The position numbers and the translations under genes are program-made. DNA of 63,287 nucleotides, counting the filler, from Octopus bimaculoides (lineage: Eukaryota), in NCBI RefSeq assembly GCF_001194135.2. It is 3 parts of 3 records of this genome, joined end to end, with 100 filler letters (N's around TTAATTAATTAA, not from the genome) between each part and the next. Parts side by side here need not be neighbours in the genome. Positions count along the whole stretch, not along the records: positions 18,148 to 43,016 come from NC_068981.1; positions 43,117 to 63,287 come from NC_068984.1; 1 more part is not named here. The stretch is one strand, 5' to 3'. A model generated the notes under the pieces. It was not told the DNA's origin. It saw nothing but the letters and a program-made list of their open reading frames with translations, and did not search any database. Below are positions 39,537 through 52,163 of the stretch, one piece after another (the first letter of the stretch is position 1; each line of letters opens with the position of its first letter).

Positions 39537-39789
39537 TAAGTTCTTGATTAGATAATTTCAATGGTTTGATGGGCAGCTTACAATATTTTTCATAGTCTTG
39601 ATTGGGTATAGATTTATCAAGTGATAAAACATAGAAGATCATTGCAAGAGCTGAATAAAGGGGTTTATCAAGATCAGCTATATCAAATGAAGAAACTTCT
39701 TCACCAGTCAATAGTTTGCTAATTCTACATTGGTTGAACAAGGATGTCTGGCAGGCAGTTTGTGCATCAGTCAGTTGAGAACTGTTAAC
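39537..39789 (-). CDS. Gene A coding exon 2 (second half of putative lysozyme-like domain)
   Basis: Phase-0 ttctag acceptor; VNSSQLTDAQ..DIADLDKPLYSALAMIFYVLSLDKSIPNQDYEKY..NQEL; phase-1 GTAAGT donor at 39536 joins exon 3 in frame (A+GA=Arg). Confidence 0.8.
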
Positions 39790-40295
39790 CTAGAATATAG
39801 AATATAGAAAAATTGACAAATGTAAAATAAATAAAATAAAAGTAAAAACAATATTTCGATAGATTTGCAGAAGTATGGAAACAATGACATGTTTATATAG
39901 TTGGTTTTTTTTTTTTTACCTAGGAATTAAGAATAGAATTTTGTTGTTAAGAGAACTTTCTGTTTTGGTGAACTAGTCTTATTGAAAGCTTACAATATAT
40001 TATTAATATAACTTTGGAAAATCGGTTGCGCTCACGTTCTCAATGTCACCAATGTCAGGTTTGCCCTTCCAGGGTCAATTAAAAAAGTGTTAATGAAATT
40101 AAGAGCCGATACAATCGACTGTTCCCCCTGCCTGACAAATGTGTGACATTGTGTTCATATTAGAAAATAGTATACCTTGGGTGAAAGAAGTCCCCTGAAA
40201 ATCCAAGTATTACCTATTTACCGGTTAAGCGCCTAATAAATCATATGCTAATGTCTAATTTAAGTGGGTTCTTTACATTAAAAGAAAACGCTTAC

Positions 40296-40523
40296 CCGCC
40301 ATATACCTCCTTTTCCAGATATATATGGAACACCATTATTGCTTCGGAGGAAAGCTAAATCTTGGAGACATTTTCTATCAAAAGATACATTATATGATGT
40401 CAGGACATCTAAAACACGTTTGACAATATCATCGCCGACTTTTCCTTCAGTTACGATGTCTTTAGTTGGTTGACCACTGCAGAGCAGCGGCAAAAATATG
40501 AAAACTTCGATAAGCCACTTCAT
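40296..40523 (-). CDS. Gene A coding exon 1 (signal peptide + first half of putative lysozyme-like domain)
   Basis: ATG 40523 with A at -3; MKWLIEVFIFLPLLCSG signal-like peptide; GKVGDDIVKRVLDV..LQDLAFLRSNNG..GGIWR; phase-0 GTAAGC donor at 40295. Exons of 228+253+770 nt total 1251 nt = 416 aa + stop. Confidence 0.82.
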
Positions 40524-40753
40524 CGTAGTTGCTACTTTCAAGCAATTCTCACAAGTAAAGTGTTGGGGGGAAATACTTCTATTTATCCTCTCCATACCGG
40601 ATACAACAGATTTGGAAAGCAGTAAGATTTTTTTCCTTTTCTTTTTCCCATTTACGTCATTAATCAAAAATGTTGGTGAATAATTTCTTTGAAGTATTGA
40701 ATTGTAAAAAGTAGGTAGGGACGTTGTTTCTACACACATTGTTCACAAGGTAC

Positions 40754-40822
40754 CTGACGAGTAATTGTAAATATTGTTTCGACTTCCACGACTGACTGAA
40801 GTGCTTTAATATTTCCTATATA
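40754..40822 (-). promoter_or_regulatory. Candidate core promoter and non-coding first exon of gene A
   Basis: TATATAGG at 40822-40815 lies 29 nt upstream of the A (40793) of an Inr-like TCAGTC; CAG|GTACCT donor at 40754/40753. The matching acceptor is not resolved. Confidence 0.35.
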
Positions 40823-40949
40823 AAATTTGTTGCGTTCCTCATTACCGTTTGCTGTATGACAACGACACTAAGCAAGCAACAAAAGGTGATACGGTAGTGG
40901 CTTGACATGCAGATCTACACAACGAAGAAATCTTCAGTCATCTAGCAAC

Positions 40950-41700
40950 AAGTGGTTCTACCGGACACTACCCTGAGAAAAAAATCTAAAAATATATTCC
41001 TACTACAATGCACCAGCTCGTCTTTTCTCATCATTCACTAACTTCAACCTAAAAATACCCCGCATTTTCACTCTCCCAAATCACCCAGCCCAACATTCCT
41101 AACCGTTCTGTCGTCTCTTCTTTTAGCTGCCCCCACAGAAATGATATACGGCTGTCTCGATTAGCTTACATATATCGCTCTTAATTGCTGCTATTCAGTA
41201 CTCATATATCAAAGACATTAACCATATCTCCACTTTTTCAAGATGTTTTACTTCCCTCCAAACTTCTCTTCAGAAGAAATGTTAGTTTCCTAAAAGCATT
41301 ATCGCTCCCAGTGAGATAGACTCTCGTCTATGAAATTCACCTCAGACCATAGCACAACAAATCAAGTTCGCGCCTTTATCCTACAACCTGTCGAATCCCC
41401 ATTCTAATCGCTTCTTTTTCTCTGATAATTTTTACAAATAATTGAAATGAATAACCATAGTCACCCAGATAGGCATCAATTGTGCAACCTTGTTCGTTCG
41501 CCACGTTGAAGCCCAAATTTTCATTTAGCTGGGCAGATACCCGAATTATTTGCCTGTTTTGATGATAATTTTATCGGAACCATCAATACCCTCCACTTTT
41601 CCATTTTCTAATCTACGACCTGTCAGAAATAAATTTCTTTAATTTGATGATGTTGTCTTTAACAACTTAAAAAGATTATATATGGCAAGATATATCAAGA
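40950..41700 (-). mobile_element. Highly degraded PIF/Harbinger or ISL2EU-like transposase relic
   Basis: Scattered motif remnants only (GSDKIIIKTG, KSGDMV..FDI, FLWGQLKEE). Confidence 0.28.
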
Positions 41701-42977
41701 CTTCCTAGCTGGCAATCATAGGTTTCAAATGGAATTTTAAGGGAAGGTGACATGAATTGACAAGGAATTTATTTTCGAAATTGTTGTATGATGTGTGCTA
41801 CATCATCGGACAATGTGTTGGACTATCGATTGTATAGCATTTTTTTAAACTTTTATACAACAACTAACCATCGCATATCTGATTAACGATATAACAATAT
41901 AACATTGCGTCTTCTGACAATAGAGTGGAAACATATTTTTGAAGTATGTTTAATGTAGGTGTTTTTGATCAAGGCACACTTTTGATCTGAACTCTGTTGA
42001 AAAATTATACCAGAGTATTAAATCAAAACTGAATCTAAGAACTTTTAAACACTACGAATCTTTACAAACTTGTTGCCATTTTAAATATGCTTGAGGGATA
42101 TTCGAACCCGTAAGAAAGCCATTCCCTGTATTTTTGTCGCGGAGAAAATTTCTCGCTGTGGACGAAAAGGTGTTAATATATTGAGTCAGCTCACTGCGCC
42201 GCCTAACCAAACTGTGGAATGCATGCATTTCGGAGTGGTTATCTCCTCTTTATTCACAGAAAACGGAAAGGGAGTTCGCTGCGAGCTGACATGAGAGACA
42301 CTGTCCCTCTTATGATATTACCGTCATCGTTCACAGACTGGTTGCGCTATTCAACAGCTCACCGCAAATAAAATACTGGGTGACAGCACTAAGCAGTGAT
42401 ATGAATATATATAAAATTGTCACCAGTTCATATATGCTTGAAGAAAAGAATCTATATTTGTGGCTTTGTCTTCCATCTTCAGTCTTCTCCACCTTAAAAA
42501 GCTGTTCCTTTTGCTGTATGGTATATATTTGTTTGATTAAAAGTATACAAGAATAAGGAATAATTATTAATTTCTATTTTATGTTCAACAATAGTTTTAA
42601 AAGAAATAAATGATTTGATTTCAAATAAATTTTTTAAAATATCAACTTTTAACAGTGTTTTTTTTTTTACCCTTTACCTGAGGTTATACTTGTGTGTTGG
42701 TGATCCGATTATTTCCTTAATCCTAATGGCTGAAGTTACTCAAATGTAACTGGCAAGTCTGAAATAATGAAATTCAATGATGATCAGGGCATTAAGATGT
42801 GATGGATGTCTTTGATTAGTTGTCTGGTTGTGTATGTGAATGGTCAAATGACGGCCGTTTAGTTTATTGTTCTGCATTAGTAGCAATGACGCTGTTGGTG
42901 GTTAGTGGCAGACTGAGGCACATGATTGGTAGGTGATGTCTGTTTTCTTCATCAGGCATTAAGGAATAGGTTTACCT

Positions 42978-43016
<39 letters not shown>

Positions 43017-43060
43017 NNNNNNNNNNNNNNNNNNNNNNNNNNNNNNNNNNNNNNNNNNNN

Positions 43061-43072
43061 TTAATTAATTAA
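43061..43072. other. Assembly spacer TTAATTAATTAA inside an N gap
   Basis: Same 12-mer as 18092-18103, flanked by Ns. Confidence 0.85.
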
Positions 43073-43117
43073 NNNNNNNNNNNNNNNNNNNNNNNNNNNN
43101 NNNNNNNNNNNNNNNNG

Positions 43118-44394
43118 GGGAGAACATATGTCCGACAGGTACCATTCGGTCCGTGGTGTCTTAACATTTTTTTTTCTTTTCAGGTCAAGCCATGGCGCTG
43201 TGGACGATAGAACATCGCGTGTTTGCCTCCGACAGTTACGTGAAGAATAACGAGTCTGTCACAGCAGTTCAGCGTGAGTTTCGGCGCCACATTCACAAAA
43301 ATCAGGCTGTTCCCACCCGTAACACAATCTTACGTTTGGTGAATGCCCTTCGTACACGGAGTACATTAATGAATAGGAGACTGGTGGAGGCGCCACGAAC
43401 GGTACGGACGCCGGACAATGTGGAACGCGTCAGATAAGCTTTGATACAGAGTCCGAATCGCTCTGCTTGGAGGCATTGCACTGAATTTGGTATCGGTAAT
43501 CGATCGGTAAGGTGTATTTAACATGAAAACCTGCATTTCCACCCGTACAAGATGGTTATTGGGCAACAGTTGAAACCAAGGCACTATGCACGGCGGCTTA
43601 ACTTCGCACATCAGATGGAAGCAATTTTTGAGACAAATGACAACCTTATTTTTTTAATGAGTGATGAATTTCATTTTCATCTCAATGGCATGGTTAATCA
43701 ACAGAACTGGTGTTATTGGGCTCTTGAAAATCCGGGAGAACCGTACGAAAGATCACTGCACAGCCCAAAAGTGACGGTCTGATGCGCGGTTGGAAAAGCT
43801 GCCGTCATTGGTCCTTACTTTTTTGAAGATAATAATGGAAATGCTGTTACTGTGAAATCCGAGCGTTACATCGAGATGATAAACAACTTCTTTGTGTCTG
43901 AATTACGACGAAAATGTATGCCAATTCGACGTGTGTGGTTTCAGCAGGATAGGGCGACGGCCCACACAGCCAGAGCATCAATGGATTCTCTTCGCTCTCT
44001 CTACGGTGACCGCCTCATTTGCAGGTTTGCTGACATTCCTTGGCTCTTTCGATCCCCTGATTTGTCCATGTGTGATTATTTCTTTTGAGAAACCTCATGG
44101 CAAGTGTGTTTGCGCATAAACCCCGTACATTGGACGATTTGAAGGAAGCTATTCGCATGGAAGTCGTCCAAATCGACAGAGCAATGCTGGAGAGACTGAG
44201 GGCCAACTTTCAAGAGTACCTTCAGAAATGCATCAATGAAAATGGACACCAAATGATGGATGTTGTTTCCACACTTGATTTTGGCAAATGCTAATGCAAT
44301 ACGAACACATTGATGTCAATAAAATTTGTTTGCAGCTAAAATTAATGATTTTGTGAATTTTTCAAAAACGTCCGTCCTCTCTGCCCAACACTGT
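43118..44394 (+). mobile_element. Tc1/mariner DD41D (rosa/Visitor-like) transposon relic
   Basis: N-terminal HTH (YVKNNESVTAVQREFRR..PTRNTILRLV), MSDEFHFHLNG, and FQQDRATAH...RSPDLSMCDYF with 41 residues counted between D2 and D3; ends ..CACTG|TA. Confidence 0.88.
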
Positions 44395-44699
44395 ACATAC
44401 ATACGTACGTACGTGCATGCATACATACACGCATGTACAAAAGCATAAATACATGAGTACATACATACTTATATACATACGTACGTACGAACGGACGTAC
44501 ATGCATACATACATACATGCATACATACATACATGGATACATACATACATGGATACATACATTCCTCCATAAACGCGCGCACGCACACACAGACAGACAG
44601 GCACAGACACACACACAAACACACACACAGACACACAGACACACACACAGACACACACACACACACACACAGAGACAAACACACACCCACACACACACA

Positions 44700-45950
44700 G
44701 ACGAGGGTCGGCTTACCAAAATACTCTTATGGAATGTAACCAAATGAGGTTTATTTTTCAATATAGACACCCTTGCGGTCTACACACTTCTTCCATTGGT
44801 GTTGTAGTGCTTGGATTCCATTGGTCAAGAAACTTTCATCAAAAAGTCATCAACAACAGATATGATGTGATACTGGTTCCTAGCCAAATATTTTTTCATG
44901 TTGGGGAACAGATGATAGTTAGATGGGGCCAAATTAAGAGAACAGGGAGGCTGATCAAGTAGCTCAAAGCCACAGTCACGCACAGCAGCCACTGAAACCA
45001 AGGACATATGTGCTGGAGCATTGTCCTGAGATGAAAGACCCCTTTCGTCAGTTTTCCTAGCCGTTTGGTCTTGATAGCTTTTCATTGGCATAGTATTCTC
45101 AGCAAGTTGGCGTAGTATTCTACATTGAAGGTGTGGCCCAATTGAAGATAGTCAATAAACACAATGCTCTTTGCATCCTCAAAAAACCGAGGCCACCGCC
45201 TTCCTTGCAGATGAAACGACCTCGATCTTCTTTGCAGCAGTTGAGAATGGGGTGTTTCCATTCTCTTTGTCTCTGGCCCAAAGTGATGAAGCCAACACTT
45301 ATTCTGGGTTAGGAAATGTTGACAGAAACCAGCTGGATTTGCCTCAAACATGTTAGGTCTTCCTCTTAATCAGGTATCAGAAGACACTCTTGATCAGGTG
45401 TCAGAAGACGCAGCACCCACCGAGCAGATACTTTCGTCATGCTAAATTCATTGTACAAAACATTCTCATCTCTCTCACAGGATATGCTAATAGCATTGGC
45501 GATTTGATTTATAGTCGACCACCTCTTATCCATCACCTTGTGGTGAAGACAAGCAATGTTTTCTTTGGTGGTGGCAGCAGCAAGACGTCCAAACCTTGGG
45601 TCATCTTTAAGACTTTCCCTCTCCATCCTAAATTCAGCTGTCCTCTTGTGCACTGTTGATAATGCTGTAATGTCATCCCCTAATGTAGCAGCTATGTCAG
45701 CATGAACGTGCTTAGGGGCTAAATCCCTTTTCTGCAAGTACTTGATAATACCACGATGCCATGTTTTGTCGATTTTCAAGAGAAGTCGCAACTAGTTACT
45801 TTTGAAGTCTTCTTTGGACAGTCATATGTCAGTTTATCTGGAAAGAAACAATGAAGGTACTAATAAGAGGAGTCGAAATTAACGCATGTTATATTTCACA
45901 GGTCTAGCTTACTCCTTCATAGTCAGCCTGTGAACTTTTCAGCACTTAGA
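44700..45950 (-). mobile_element. mariner DD34D transposon relic
   Basis: KDDPRFGR, MTKVSARWVLRLLT, and QDNAPAH..PPCSLNLAPSNYHLF (34 spacing, third D mutated to N); ACGAGGG end at 44701. Confidence 0.88.
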
Positions 45951-46743
45951 TTGGCATTTCTCAAACTATTTTGTTGAGTACCAACGCACGAAACTCTTGG
46001 CACTTGAGTCACTCTGTTACTTCTGCTAAATATTAATTAATATATGCACATACTCATATTTTGAAACCTATTTTTCCTGTTTGCATCANNNNNNNNNNNN
46101 NNNNNNNNNNNNNNNNNNNNNNNNNNNNNNNNNNNNNNNNNNNNNNNNNNNNNNNNNNNNNNNNNNNNNNNNNNNNNNNNNNNNNNNNNNNNNNNNNNNN
46201 NNNNNNNNNNNNNNNNNNNNNNNNNNNNNNNNNNNNNNNNNNNNNNNNNNNNNNNNNNNNNNNNNNNNNNNNNNNNNNNNNNNNNNNNNNNNNNNNNNNN
46301 NNNNNNNNNNNNNNNNNNNNNNNNNNNNNNNNNNNNNNNNNNNNNNNNNNNNNNNNNNNNNNNNNNNNNNNNNNNNNNNNNNNNNNNNNNNNNNNNNNNN
46401 NNNNNNNNNNNNNNNNNNNNNNNNNNNNNNNNNNNNNNNNNNNNNNNNNNNNNNNNNNNNNNNNNNNNNNNNNNNNNNNNNNNNNNNNNNNNNNNNNNNN
46501 NNNNNNNNNNNNNNNNNNNNNNNNNNNNNNNNNNNNNNNNNNNNNNNNNNNNNNNNNNNNNNNNNNNNNNNNNNNNNNNNNNNNNNNNNNNNNNNNNNNN
46601 NNNNNNNNNNNNNNNNNNNNNNNNNNNNNNNNNNNNNNNNNNNNNNNNNNNNNNNNNNNNNNNNNNNNNNNNNNNNNNNNNNNNNNNNNNNNNNNNNNNN
46701 NNNNNNNNNNNNNNNNNNNNNNNNNNNNNNNNNNNNNNNNNNN

Positions 46744-47400
46744 GAGAAAAAACTTCAATCAGGACCAAAACATAAACCGAAGGAACGATAGATGGTTATG
46801 CAGAAGCCTTAATGAGCTTCAAACGGTCTTGCATATTAAGTTCCTAGCTACCGTGATAGTTCCGGGAGTTGTCATCAACAAGGGAAATGTTATGCCTCCG
46901 CACTTTTTTTTTTTTTACAAGGCTTAAGAGTCAATACCACTGTCTACACGGAGGTGTTGGAGAAAGATGTGAAGCCCTAGATAGAGAACGCAACGAAAGA
47001 CTGTACGTCTTCAACATGACTTGCACCATCCCGTAAGGTTAGGGTAAACCAAGTGTGGATGCGTACCACTCTCCATGATCAGGTTCTCCCAGACACATGG
47101 CCTCCTAGTTCTCCAGACCTCAATCCATGTATGGAGCGTAGTCGAAAGAGAGGTCAATCAACATTCCCATAGCACCATGCAATCTCTCAAGTCCGCCACA
47201 ACCATCACTATGCCAAAAATTGATAAAGATCTGATTCGGGTATGTCAACGCTTCCGACCCCGTATCGAAGCAGCTGTTGATGTTAGCAGTGGATTCATTA
47301 AATAGGTGTGACAAAAGCATTCTCAAGATTATTTGTACCGATTTCTTTTCAAATATATCTTTTCTTTGATGAGTTATGCGTCTTTTACTGAATTCCTGTA
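46744..47400 (+). mobile_element. Tc1/mariner DD37D-type 3' fragment
   Basis: EKNFNQDQNINRRNDRWLC..KFLATVIV..GNVMPPHFF, then VWSVVEREVN..H. The 5' part lies in the N gap. Confidence 0.75.
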
Positions 47401-47873
47401 AATGACCTCAAAACCTGATTCACCCTGTATATATGTACTTATACGTACACAAGCAAGCACACGCAATCACACGCGTGCACGCACACACACACACACACGG
47501 TTCACACACACACACACACACACGGTTCACACTGTTATGATTTGCAATGAAGCGAAAATAATATTTACTCAAAATTTTATATAAGGTTGGTAAGTGGGGT
47601 TGTAAAAGCATTCATCCATTCAACTATAACACCTAAATATCTTAAAGTTGTTCCTTCACTTTTATTATTTATATTTTTACAGACCGCTTTACGTGACGAT
47701 TGCTACTGATTTTCGTTCCTGACATGTTTTGATGTAGTTATGTAGTAAGCTATAATTAATTGACCCGTATAACTACTCACTCTATCTAGTTTTCTTCTCG
47801 TTCATTAGTCAGATTTTGGGGCTATGACAAACACAAACACGTACGCTCAAGTATATGAATATTCTTTTCTACT

Positions 47874-48080
47874 CTAGGCACAAGGCACGAAATTTTTTGT
47901 GGGGAGGGGGCCAATCAATTAGATCGACCCCAGTACGCAACTGGTACTTAATTTATCTACTCCGTGAGGATGAAAGGCAAAGTCGACCCTGGCGGAATTT
48001 GAACTCAGAACATAAAGAAAGACGAAATACTGCTAAGCATTTCGCCCGGCGTGCTAACGTTTCTACCAGCCCGCCGCCTT
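47874..48080 (-). mobile_element. tRNA-derived SINE family 1
   Basis: Full-length match to the 54544 and 57174 copies; B-box-like GAGTTCAAATTCC. Confidence 0.85.
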
Positions 48081-48260
48081 TCAAGTATATAAATATTAAA
48101 TAGATCTTTTTATTTTAAATGAAATATCTACTGATGGGTGTGCTCAATAATGAGAGTAGAGTAAAATTCACTGGGATTTTACAATACATACATACATACA
48201 TACATACATACATACATACACACATACGTACGTACGTACATACATACATACAAACATACA

Positions 48261-48291
<31 letters not shown>

Positions 48292-48933
48292 CATTTAAGT
48301 ATATATGAGCATGTCTAGACATGTAACTATATACATGAGAATTCAAACATAAAACAAAACATATAAATCTGCACATATACATACATACAAAAATACCCTG
48401 TTAATGTTGAGATTACAATGAAGGAGCCTTGGATCTTAGAAACTGGCTCGTTCTCTATTGGCAAGAAATCTTGAAATAAAACTAAATAATGGCGTACATA
48501 CATGTGAGATTCTTATGTGAATAGATGCACACACTTAGGTGTATGCATTGACAGTTCAACCAACACACCAACTCAATCACGTATTTACGAACACCGAGAA
48601 CTCTCTTAACTCAAAAAGTCTTGTCACTTTGTTAGCGACCAGCTTGAACACTTGTTTAAGTCATTGGACTGCGGCCATGTTTAGTCGAATAAATCAACCA
48701 CAGCACTTTTTTTTTTTTTTTATAAAAGCCTCCTACTTATTCTATCGGTTTCTTTTACCAAACCGCTAATTTCCAGAGACATAAAGAAGCCAACACTGGT
48801 TGTTAAGCGGTGACGGAGGACAAACATAGCACAAGCACAAACACGCACGCGCACGCGCACACACATTCTTTTATTCTTTTAGTCGTTTCAAGCATGCGGT
48901 TGCGGTCATGCTGGAGTACCACATGTATATAAA

Positions 48934-49089
48934 CGACGGGCTTCTTTCAGTTTCTGTATTCTAAATCCATTTACAAGGCTTTGGTTGACTCAAGGTTATA
49001 GAAAAAGACACTTGCCTAACATGTCACGCAGTGGAACTGAACCTAAGACCACATGGTTGGGAAGCAAGCTTTTTAACCCTACAACCATG
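48934..49089 (-). mobile_element. tRNA-derived SINE family 2 head
   Basis: Reverse complement of 49111-49272 and 63103-63252. Confidence 0.75.
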
Positions 49090-49110
49090 TTTGCATTTGT
49101 TGACACATAG

Positions 49111-49272
49111 GAGCAGGTTGGCTGTGTGGTAAGAAGTTTGCTTCTCTAGCACATGATTCTGGGTGCAGTCCTACTGCGTGGCATCTTGAATAAGTGTCTT
49201 CTATTATAACCGCCGGGCCAACCAAAGTCTTGTGAGTGGATTTGGTAGAGGGAAACTGGAAGAAGTCCGTCG
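49111..49272 (+). mobile_element. tRNA-derived SINE family 2 head
   Basis: TGGCTGTGTGG A-box-like motif; CTGCGTGGCATCTTG..GTGAGTGGATTTGGTAG core. Confidence 0.78.
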
Positions 49273-49306
49273 TATGTATGTATGTATGTATGTATGTATG
49301 TATGTT

Positions 49307-49365
<59 letters not shown>

Positions 49366-49604
49366 TTAGGGAAAATAACCAATTTTCAAGAACTCATCGA
49401 TGAAAATCCACTATCACATATAGAAAAATTAATAATTAAAAGCACAATAAATGAGTATAATATAAAGTAAAGTAAATATCATAAGATAAATATAATAAAA
49501 CTATTTTATATATACTTTATCTATAAGACTCAATTTAATTTTAATTTTTTATAAATTGATTTTAATTGAGTTTTTTACCTGTAATTTTGGATTTTGTCCC
49601 TAAT

Positions 49605-49636
<32 letters not shown>

Positions 49637-49916
49637 TATATATAATGTGCATGTGCGTGTGTTTGCATGTCCGTTTGTCCTCCACCAGTGCTTGTCAACT
49701 GGTGCTGGTTTGTTTACCGTCCCCACAACTTAGTGGTTCAGCTAAAGATATTAATAGAATAAGAAGCAATGACTGAATAAGATCCAGTGACTGAAACAAA
49801 GTATGCGAATAAAAATCCGAATTGAGGGAATGGGGCAGATAAAGTCTGGGCTTCCAGGCCGAAGACATCTTAGTTAAATGAAGCTTACATTGTCGTCAAT
49901 ATATATATATATATAT

Positions 49917-50185
49917 GGCACCTTGGGCAAGTGTCTTCTACTATAGCCTTGGGTCGAACAAAGCTTTGTGAGTGGATTTGGTAGACGGAAACTGAAAGAA
50001 GCCCGTCATATATTTGTGTGTATATGTGTGTGTGTGTTTGTGTGTGTATATGTTTGTGTGTCTGTGTTTGTCCCTCCACTATCGTTTGACAACCGATACT
50101 GGTGTGTTTACGTCCCCATAATCTAGCGGTTCGGCAAAAGGGACCAAATAGAATAAGTACTAGGCTTACAAAGAATAAGTCCTCG
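49917..50185 (+). mobile_element. SINE family 2, 5'-truncated copy
   Basis: GGCACCTTGGGCAAGTGTCTTCTACTATAGCC..GAAGCCCGTC, (TG)-rich spacer, then the tail also seen at 12962. Confidence 0.78.
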
Positions 50186-50315
50186 GGTGCTAACGTTTCT
50201 GCCAGCTGGCTGCCTTAAACGACAGAGAAAATTAAAGGGGTGGATGGTGTCTAAGTTTGAATCTTTTGAGCACCAGTGTCTTCTATACGGAGAATATCTG
50301 GATCTCATCTGTGTA

Positions 50316-50360
<45 letters not shown>

Positions 50361-50525
50361 AAAATTCAAATAAGCAGCTAGGTGCAATATAGAACCATGA
50401 AGGAAAAATTTAATCGTCACTAATTGTAATTGAGGGTGCTGAATAGCACCTATATTGCAAAAAATAGAAGTTAAAACCCTTTAGGTTGCATATGCACATA
50501 CAAACATATATATATGTATACATAA

Positions 50526-50582
<57 letters not shown>

Positions 50583-52055
50583 TACAAACACACACACACA
50601 CACACACACTTACACACATACATGTGTTTGTGTGTGTGGTCTGAAAGTGGAACTGAGAGCAAAGGTTAGTAGAGGAGACTGAAATATTCAGAAACAATGT
50701 ACATGTACTCATTATGAAGTTCATTGTTATATACAGCTTATACCCCCGTCCCGCCACCTCCACCCCCACCATTCACACTTTTGTTGTTCACATCTCACCC
50801 AGGGACTGATTAATAATAGTAGTCATAAGCATTTAAATCCTGAAATATCAAATCCTTATCTATTGCCACTTCACCTCCTGCGGGGCTTGTAACAATTCAC
50901 AATTACCTTTACTCTATCTTACCTTTTATTCTTTTATTGTTCATATTGTTATTATAGTCGATGCTACTTATTGCTGTTCGCTACTGTTGCCTTAAATGAT
51001 GGTGGTGGTGGTGGTGGTAGTGAAGGTAGTGTCATCATGGGTCATAGCTGATTTATTACTGTTAAATTGCTTACTTTAAGTTCGGATAAAACCTCTGTGT
51101 TATTACTCATACTACTTGTGAGCAATGTTGTGTGAGCAACCTTATTTGGCTGTTATTGTACGCGCTGAATGCCTTTTCTCTGTCATCAAACATAAAAACA
51201 CACATACATACATTCATACACACGTACCAAAACAATGGGATGAAGATGCTCAAATCTATGTTGATGGTTAAAAAAAAATAATTATTGAAAGAATTCTTTT
51301 TTCTTTATTTATTAATATCTTAACTTTAATTTTTATTCATTAATTTTTAATTTTTTTTTAAGTCGAATTTGAAAAATCTATTCTATTATCACTTTTAGTG
51401 AGTTTTATGGACAATCCAGGAAAACTTTATTGAAATCATGAAATTCATTGAAATCTCGAAATAATTGTTCCTTTACATGGTAAACTGTTATTTCCCGTCT
51501 TTTTTTGATCTGATCGTTCATTCCGTTTTTCTTGGGCGAAATATAAATGTTTTAACCGTACACTTTTTAGCGTTCTCAATTTCCCCTGAAAAACTGAAAA
51601 TTGGTTTGGATTATGATGAAAAGTCACAGTTTGTTTTTTGAGGTTCTTTCAACTGATGTATTTGAAAAGTGGAAGGTTAAACTTTCGTCCAGCTGAACTG
51701 AAGCCAGAGAAAAAGTGGTATTTGTGAATAAGTCTAATCATACCTTCAAAAACAGACTTCTCGTTTCTGGAATTTCTTTTTTAGCATTCAAGCATTTGAT
51801 GAGTCACACTATAAATCTTTGAAACATATTCTCAGTGGATTGAACAAGCTCCGGGTAATTCAAGTAGAAATAAAAAGAAGACATAACTGATCAAGTGATC
51901 ACTCTTTTATCACAGACTGTCTCTTCCCCATGAAACCTTACACATAACAAAACTGACAGAACAATAAGTGTTTGTATTAAACATTTTTTGTTCAAATAAT
52001 CAGAGCAGAAAGGAAACTACAACAATCTTCACAACAATTTATTAGCTGTCTTGCT

Positions 52056-52163
52056 ATGAGTGAAAGAAAAACAGAACCTGTATGGTCAATAGAACCACCA
52101 GAATGGATTAACTTTTTCAGTAATGAAAGGTTTCTGGATTACAAGGAGTTTGTTTCCAAAAAA
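52056..52163 (+). CDS. Gene B candidate coding exon 1 (cytoplasmic N-terminus)
   Basis: ATG, 36 codons MSERKTEPVWSIEPPEWINFFSNERFLDYKEFVSKK, phase-0 GTAAGA donor compatible with the 54251 acceptor. Confidence 0.5.
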
